Positions 57,447 through 64,000 of a stretch of DNA of 64,000 nt are shown here, in pieces (within the stretch, counting starts at the first letter, position 1; every line of letters starts with the position of its first letter). Below the pieces are notes generated by a model. The model was not told the DNA's origin. It saw only the letters and a program-made list of their open reading frames with translations, and did no database searches. The DNA comes from Candidatus Eiseniibacteriota bacterium (GTDB taxonomy: Bacteria; Eisenbacteria; RBG-16-71-46), in the NCBI GenBank assembly GCA_044223005.1, contig JBGAML010000022.1, forward strand, positions 1 to 64,000, in the 5' to 3' direction. Both the position numbers and the translations under genes were made by a program.

Positions 57447-58022
57447 CTAGTTCATCAGCCAGCCGTAGCGCAGCGCGACCGAGATCATGTTCGCGGAGTC
57501 GCCACCGTCGCTCGAGATGCTGTGGTACAGCACCTCGGCGCCCCACGTGGTCTTGTCGTTGATCTTCCAGTCGGCGCCCGCGCCCACGTTGAAGCCGAAG
57601 TTCGTGTCCGTGACCTTGACCGAGCCGAGGCCGGTGGTGGTGCCCTTCACGGACGTCGAATACATGCCGAGGCCGACCTTCAGGTACGGCATCTCGTTCG
57701 TCTTCAGCTTGACGAAGTACTTGCCGTGCACGCCGTACGACACGAAGCTGGCTTCGCTGCTGGACGTCGTGCTCAGGATCGTGACGTCCTTCTTGCCGAA
57801 CTTGTAGTAATTGATGTCACCGCCCACGCCGAACATCTCGTTCACGTGGTACGTGTACGTGCCACCGCCGAAGTAGCCGGTGCCGGCGGCGTCCGACAGG
57901 TCGCCGGTCGGCAGCGCCACGCCGGCGTTCAGGCCGAACTCGCCCTTGACGTCGGCCGCGTGAGCGGCGATAGCACCCATCGCAACCAGCATCAGTGCAG
58001 CAACGAGAACGCGGAACTTCAT
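57447..58022 (-). CDS. Small outer-membrane beta-barrel protein
   Basis: Signal peptide AHA; PYLKVGLG, FGFNVGAG; alternating aromatic strands. Confidence 0.85.
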   Translation of the reverse strand: MKFRVLVAALMLVAMGAIAAHAADVKGEFGLNAGVALPTGDLSDAAGTGYFGGGTYTYHVNEMFGVGGDINYYKFGKKDVTILSTTSSSEASFVSYGVHGKYFVKLKTNEMPYLKVGLGMYSTSVKGTTTGLGSVKVTDTNFGFNVGAGADWKINDKTTWGAEVLYHSISSDGGDSANMISVALRYGWLMN

Positions 58023-58282
58023 GAGACCTCCATGGTCGGGGAGAAGTGGATTCGGGACGTGCGCCCGTTCACTTTCGCTCGGCTCGGGGCCAAGGCGGGC
58101 GGTTGGATGACGTCGTCCCACGAAGCGATTCGGCCGGCGAGTGCCGCCAGGCCGCGGGAACGCCTCTGCGCAGGACTATAGCCAAAGGCGCTTGCGCGGC
58201 AAGGCCCGGGCGCTCCCGAGCCGCGCAAACCGTATCGGCAACGGAGTTTGACGCTGCGCTCGCCCCGGCCTAGCTTCGCCCC

Positions 58283-59524
<1,242 letters not shown>

Positions 59525-59532
59525 CTGACGTC

Positions 59533-61476
59533 TCAGCCCAGCGTCGCCAGCACGTCCTTCGCGAAGGCCGTGAGCGACGGGTCGCGCGCGCCCATCACGA
59601 GCACGAGATCGCCCGGCTGCGCCACCTCGGCGAGCCGCGCGGCGAGCCACTCGCGCGAGGGCGCGAACTCGGCGTCGGCGCCGCGCGCGACCATCTCGCG
59701 GACGAGATCGGCCGCGGAGAAGTCGCGCACGGCGGTGCCGCCGGCGTAGAAGACCTCGAGCAGCCACGCGCGGTCGGTGGGCCGCAGCTCGGTGGCGAAG
59801 GTCTCGACGAGATCCTCGCGCAGGAAGCGCGTCGGGCCGTAGCCGTGCGGCTGGTAGATCGCGAGCACGCGCTTCGCGCGCAGGCGCGCCGTGGCGAGCG
59901 CGGCGCGGATCTTGGCCGGGTTGTGCGCGAAGTCGTCCACCACCTCGACGCCGCGCGCGACGCCCAGCGACTGGAAGCGGCGCGAGACGCCGCGGAAGCC
60001 CGCGAGCGGCGCCACCATCTCGGCGAGCGGCACGCCGACCGCACGGCACGTGGCGATCGCGGCGAGCGCGTTCTCGACGTTGTGCCGCCCCGGCACCGGC
60101 AGCGTGAACGCGACGCCGTCGACGGCGAAGCGGCTGGCGCTCGGACCCAGCTCCACCCCCGTGCCGCGCACCGTGGCCCGCTCGCCGAAGCCGAACACGA
60201 TCGCGCCGTCGCGCAGCGCCCCCAGCGCGTCCTCCTCGCCGCAGACGAACGCCTCGCGCGTGCGCGCGCGCAGCGTGGCGAACATGCCCGCGACTTCGGA
60301 TTCCGGCCGGTGGTCGCGCGACAGGTTGAGCGCCACGCCCACCGCGGGCGCGTAGCGCACCAGCGAGCCGTCGCTCTCGTCGGCCTCGACCACGAGCAGG
60401 TCGGACTTGCCCGCCCACGCGTTGCCCCAGAGACCTTCCGATTGCAGCGCGACCAGGTCGCCGCCCGTGATGACGGACGGATCGCGCCCGGCGCCGCGCA
60501 GGATCTCGAACACCATCGCCACCACGGTCGACTTGCCGCTCGTGCCCGCGATCGCGAGCGAGCGGAACGCGCCCACCCAGTGCGCGAGCAGCTCGGAGCG
60601 GTGCACGATCGGCAGGCCGTGGCGGCGCGCCTCGGCGACGTCCGGCACCGTGTCCTCGACCGCCGTGCTCGCCACCACCGCCGCGCAGTCGCCGCGCGCG
60701 CCGGTGCCGTCCTGCGGCACCACCTGCACGCCCAGAGCCTCCAGCTGCGCGCGCGCCTCGGGCCGCTCGCCGCGATCGAAACCGCGATCGCTGCCGCTCG
60801 CCCGCCCGCCGCGCATCGCCTGGAACTGCGCGAGCGCGCTCATGCCGCTGCCGCCCACGCCCGCGTAGTGGAAGCGCGCCGTGGCCGTGAGCGGATCCGG
60901 CATCGGCGCCGGCTCGGGCGCCACGACGACGACCGGATCGCCCGGCTCGACGCGATCGAAGAGCGCGAGCACGTCGGCGTTGGAGAGCCGCACGCAGCCG
61001 TGCGAGGCGGGCCGACCGAGCGCGCCCTCGTGGTTGGTACCGTGCAGGTAGATGTAGCGCTCGAGCGAGTCGCGCCCGGGGCCGCGGTTGACGCCGTCCT
61101 CGAGCCCTTCGAGCGTCAGGATGCGCGTCAGGATCAGGTCGTCGTCGCGCGTCTCGCCCCGCCAGACCTCGCCCGTGGGTTCGCGGCTCGTGAACACCGT
61201 GCCCGCTTCGGCGCCCTCGCCCACCTTGCGGTGAACGCGGTGCCAGCCCGGCGGCGTCTTGAACGAGCCGCTCTCGCCGCCGATGCCGTTGGCGGCCGTG
61301 GAGACCGGCCATTCGCCCGCGACCTCGCCGTCCTCGAGCAGGTAGGCGCGCTGACCGCTCACGTCGACGAGCACCATGCGGCGCGGCGCCTCGCGGAACG
61401 GCGAGCGCGCGCGCGCGAGCGCCGCGGCGAGCAGCGGGGAAACGACGGGATCGGACGCAGCGGTGCGGTGGGCCAT
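59533..61476 (-). CDS. L,D-transpeptidase (YkuD) domain fused to MurC/Mpl-like Mur ligase
   Basis: N-term VDVSGQR, VSTA, TPPG, IYLHGT...ASHGCVRL; C-term HYAGVGGSGMSALA, AGTSGKST, EADESD, RDH, GRHNVEN, RRF, DDFAHNP, YQPH; single uninterrupted frame. Confidence 0.88.
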   Translation of the reverse strand: MAHRTAASDPVVSPLLAAALARARSPFREAPRRMVLVDVSGQRAYLLEDGEVAGEWPVSTAANGIGGESGSFKTPPGWHRVHRKVGEGAEAGTVFTSREPTGEVWRGETRDDDLILTRILTLEGLEDGVNRGPGRDSLERYIYLHGTNHEGALGRPASHGCVRLSNADVLALFDRVEPGDPVVVVAPEPAPMPDPLTATARFHYAGVGGSGMSALAQFQAMRGGRASGSDRGFDRGERPEARAQLEALGVQVVPQDGTGARGDCAAVVASTAVEDTVPDVAEARRHGLPIVHRSELLAHWVGAFRSLAIAGTSGKSTVVAMVFEILRGAGRDPSVITGGDLVALQSEGLWGNAWAGKSDLLVVEADESDGSLVRYAPAVGVALNLSRDHRPESEVAGMFATLRARTREAFVCGEEDALGALRDGAIVFGFGERATVRGTGVELGPSASRFAVDGVAFTLPVPGRHNVENALAAIATCRAVGVPLAEMVAPLAGFRGVSRRFQSLGVARGVEVVDDFAHNPAKIRAALATARLRAKRVLAIYQPHGYGPTRFLREDLVETFATELRPTDRAWLLEVFYAGGTAVRDFSAADLVREMVARGADAEFAPSREWLAARLAEVAQPGDLVLVMGARDPSLTAFAKDVLATLG

Positions 61477-61517
61477 CGGCGCAGGATGCCACACGGTGCG
61501 AACGCGCGCGCATGGAG

Positions 61518-61549
61518 AACGGGGACCCACCCGAAGGCGAGTCCCCGCC
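61518..61549 (-). terminator. Strong hairpin with UUCG loop upstream of the LDT-Mur gene
   Basis: Minus strand ggcggggactcgcc-ttcg-ggtgggtccccgtt. Confidence 0.55.
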
Positions 61550-61849
61550 TCGTCCCGCGAGCGGCCCGCGGGTGAAATCGTATGGCGGTGTGCGCGCGCC
61601 GGGTGGCCCGTGGCGGGCAGTTGCAGTCGCGCTGGGCTTCCGGCCCGGTCGCCCCGAGCGCTGCGGCGCAAGGGCCTGCAGGGCTCCGGAGCGCGAACCC
61701 GTCAACGTGACGACAATGTCAAATCTGACCGCACATTGTCAAGTAGAAGCGATCCGAGGATGGGGGTTCGATCCCCTGTACAGGGGGCGGCCGCATCCTC
61801 GATGAAATCTCGCCACTTCATGAACGCGGAGTCGGAGCTCCGGCTCGCC

Positions 61850-62230
61850 TCAGGGAATGAAATCCACCTTCCATCGGATCCCCCGGCTGCTGAGCGCTTT
61901 GCCAACTCGCTCAACAGCACGCTGGCGCAGCTTGGCCTCGATGGGCATTCGGCGTCCCTCCCGATCGACATAAGAGATCTCGTCCCTTTGAACGATGCGT
62001 TCGAATGGACCCATCAGCATCTCCGACTCGATCAAGACCATCCCAGGGTCACCGTCCTCCTCGTAGGTCATGTGCGAGCGAGTCCACGAGATCGTGTAGG
62101 GCGCGTTCGGCATTCCATTGAAGAGCTTCCGGATTGCTCGGTGCAACTTGCTCGAGGGCTTTGGCATTTCACCTGCCTCGCACTTCACGGTGATCAGGAA
62201 AGCAGGACGTCGGCCCAACATGAATCGCAC
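61850..62230 (-). CDS. Hypothetical protein in lower-GC patch
   Basis: 126-aa ORF with protein-like composition; hand counts of three lines give 53-60% GC; start uncertain. Confidence 0.5.
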   Translation of the reverse strand: MRFMLGRRPAFLITVKCEAGEMPKPSSKLHRAIRKLFNGMPNAPYTISWTRSHMTYEEDGDPGMVLIESEMLMGPFERIVQRDEISYVDREGRRMPIEAKLRQRAVERVGKALSSRGIRWKVDFIP

Positions 62231-62341
62231 GTCACTGAAACGCCCTCGGTCCGCGGGTCATGGCCGTAACGAGCGGGCGCCTTCGACTCCAGGGCCCACC
62301 GCCACGCGCGAGTCCCGTATGGCCACCTCATGCCCGCTCCC

Positions 62342-63091
62342 CTACAACTCCACGTCGCGGTGCACGTCCTTGTAGTAGAGGTACCGCGCGGGCACGGCGC
62401 CGGTCGCGTAGAAGGACTGCGGCACGTAGGGGCCCATCCAGATGAAGTCGCTCGCGTCGACTTCCATCCACTCGCGGCCCAGGTAGTAGACGCCCTGGCC
62501 CTGCAGCATCACGAGCCCGTGCTCCATCACGTGCGTCTCGGTGATGGGCAGCGACGAGCCGGACGGGAACGTGAAGATGTTCATCGCCATGTCCCACGCG
62601 GGCTCTGCGGGCAGCAACGTCTTCAGGATCACGCCCTCGATCCCCATGTACGTCTCGCCCGCGATCTGGCGCTCGTTGCCCACCACGTCGTGGGGCGGGT
62701 TCGGCCCCCACGGCACGTAGCGCTTGCGCAGCCAGAGCAGGTGCGCGCCCTGCGCGCCGGTGTGGATCTCGAACTTCGATCCCGGGTGCATGTACGCGAA
62801 TCCCCCTGGCGTCAGCGTGTAGCCCATGCCGTTCAGGTCGAGCTTGATCTCGCCTTCCTGCACGAACACGAACGCCTCGATCGCGGGATCGAGCGCCTGC
62901 TCGGTGCCGCCGCGCGGCGTGAGCACCAGGTCGTACTGCGCGAACTTCGCGCCCATGGCGGGCGCGGCGAGGATCTTCGCCGTCGTCTCCTGCCAGTCGG
63001 GCAGCACGCTGTCGGCCATGCCGGCCATGGTCAGCAGCGCCCAGTTCCGCTCCACCCGCGACCGGTTCCCCACCAGCCCCTGCCGTGACAT
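62342..63091 (-). CDS. allE: (S)-ureidoglycine aminohydrolase (bicupin)
   Basis: FAQY, GGFAY, ETHVMEHG, GQGVY, DFIWMGPYVPQ, YLYYKDVHR; GGAGG RBS. Confidence 0.9.
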   Translation of the reverse strand: MSRQGLVGNRSRVERNWALLTMAGMADSVLPDWQETTAKILAAPAMGAKFAQYDLVLTPRGGTEQALDPAIEAFVFVQEGEIKLDLNGMGYTLTPGGFAYMHPGSKFEIHTGAQGAHLLWLRKRYVPWGPNPPHDVVGNERQIAGETYMGIEGVILKTLLPAEPAWDMAMNIFTFPSGSSLPITETHVMEHGLVMLQGQGVYYLGREWMEVDASDFIWMGPYVPQSFYATGAVPARYLYYKDVHRDVEL

Positions 63092-63208
63092 GCTCGATGA
63101 TCCTCCGGGAGATGACGCCGGGAGCGCCGCTTCGCTGCTGCGCGCCCGGCCGGAACCGACTACATTCGGCGCCCGTTCGACCCGCACCGTCCAGGAGACC
63201 GCCGTAAG

Positions 63209-64000
63209 ATGCGACTCACCGACGACCTCACCCGCGACGTCCTGGCGCGCCTCGGCGCCGCCAACCGCGCGTTCGCCGCAGACTACCCCGGCGATCCGAT
63301 CGACCGCCAGCCCGTGCACACGGTCTACGGCGGCGCTCACCTGTTCGGCGCGGACACGATCGCCAAGCTGGGCGCGGGCGCCCGGCGCTCGCTCGAGGAG
63401 TATGCGCCCGACTTCTCGACCTTCGCGCGCGCGCTGGGGCTGCCCGGCGCGGACAAGCTGCCCAGCGTGCCGGCCGAACGGGCCCGGCTCGAGGCCCGGT
63501 TCGCGGCCGATGCCGCGGCCGTGCGGCGCGCCGAGCCGCAGGCCGCCACGGCCTTCGCGGTGTACGCGCGCGTGCGCGAGAAGCTGGAGCGCGAGGCGGT
63601 CGAGGACTTCCGGATCGATTTCGAGGACGGCTACGGCAACCGCCCCGACGCCGAGGAGGACGGCCACGCGGTGGCCGACGCCGAGGCCACGGCCGCGGCG
63701 ATGGCGGCCGGGACGCTCTCGCCCTTCTTCGGCATCCGCATCAAGCCCTTCACCGAGGAGCTGCGCGAGCGCGGCATCCGCACGCTGGATCTCTACCTCG
63801 CCACGCTGCTCGGCAAATCCGGCGGCAGGCTGCCGGCGAACTTCGTGGTCACGCTGCCCAAGGTGACGATCCCCGAGCAGGTCGAGACGCTGGTCGCGCT
63901 CTTCGAGCTGCTCGAGCGCGAGCACGGCCTCGCCCCCGGCACGTTGCGCTGCGAGCTGATGGTCGAGACGCCGCAGTCGGTGATCGGGCCCGACGGGCGC
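63209..64000 (+). CDS. HpcH/citrate-lyase-like TIM-barrel protein (DUF6986-like), 3'-truncated; absent from the ORF track
   Basis: My translation: MRLTDDL...YPGDPIDRQPVHTVYGGAHLF...EDFRIDFEDGYG...GIRIK...VTLPKV...LMVETPQ; no stop before window end. Confidence 0.75.
   Translation, partial: MRLTDDLTRDVLARLGAANRAFAADYPGDPIDRQPVHTVYGGAHLFGADTIAKLGAGARRSLEEYAPDFSTFARALGLPGADKLPSVPAERARLEARFAADAAAVRRAEPQAATAFAVYARVREKLEREAVEDFRIDFEDGYGNRPDAEEDGHAVADAEATAAAMAAGTLSPFFGIRIKPFTEELRERGIRTLDLYLATLLGKSGGRLPANFVVTLPKVTIPEQVETLVALFELLEREHGLAPGTLRCELMVETPQSVIGPDGR

Noticed and set aside
61760..61790. ggttcgatccc resembling a tRNA T-arm or attachment site
   Set aside because: No acceptor, D or anticodon arms can be built, no CCA, and no integrase nearby

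Overview
Very GC-rich (roughly 70%+) chromosomal window from a diderm bacterium. Four exported proteins end in a FlgD-Ig/T9SS-type C-terminal domain, which is suggestive of an FCB-related lineage such as Ca. Eisenbacteria (inference only). I found no CRISPR array, rRNA, tRNA, transposase or prophage. Main content: (1) 1-15 kb: exported-protein region containing a signal-peptide TPR-CHAT (caspase-fold) protease, an ECF sigma factor and a membrane zinc anti-sigma. A promoter-like motif TGTGAT-N16-CGTT(C/G)AA sits directly before both the sigma gene and a 14-repeat FG-GAP surface protein. A blue-copper protein plus monoheme cytochrome-porin pair lies divergent from the protease. (2) 18.8-32.6 kb: H2 island with a sensory [FeFe]-hydrogenase-histidine kinase, two further kinases, a lone receiver and two different catalytic [FeFe]-hydrogenases (NuoEF-linked and GltD/NfnB-like-linked), with no maturases in the window. 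(3) Housekeeping and envelope genes (acnA, OmpW, LytS/LytTR-LiaF-like locus, ettA, ispG, allE). (4) A dispersed sigma28-like motif (TCAAG-N14-TCCGA(G/T)AC) before non-flagellar-operon genes. (5) An L,D-transpeptidase-Mur ligase fusion. All family calls come from motif recognition by eye; no searches were run. Many starts were moved from the ORF track using RBS and signal-peptide logic.
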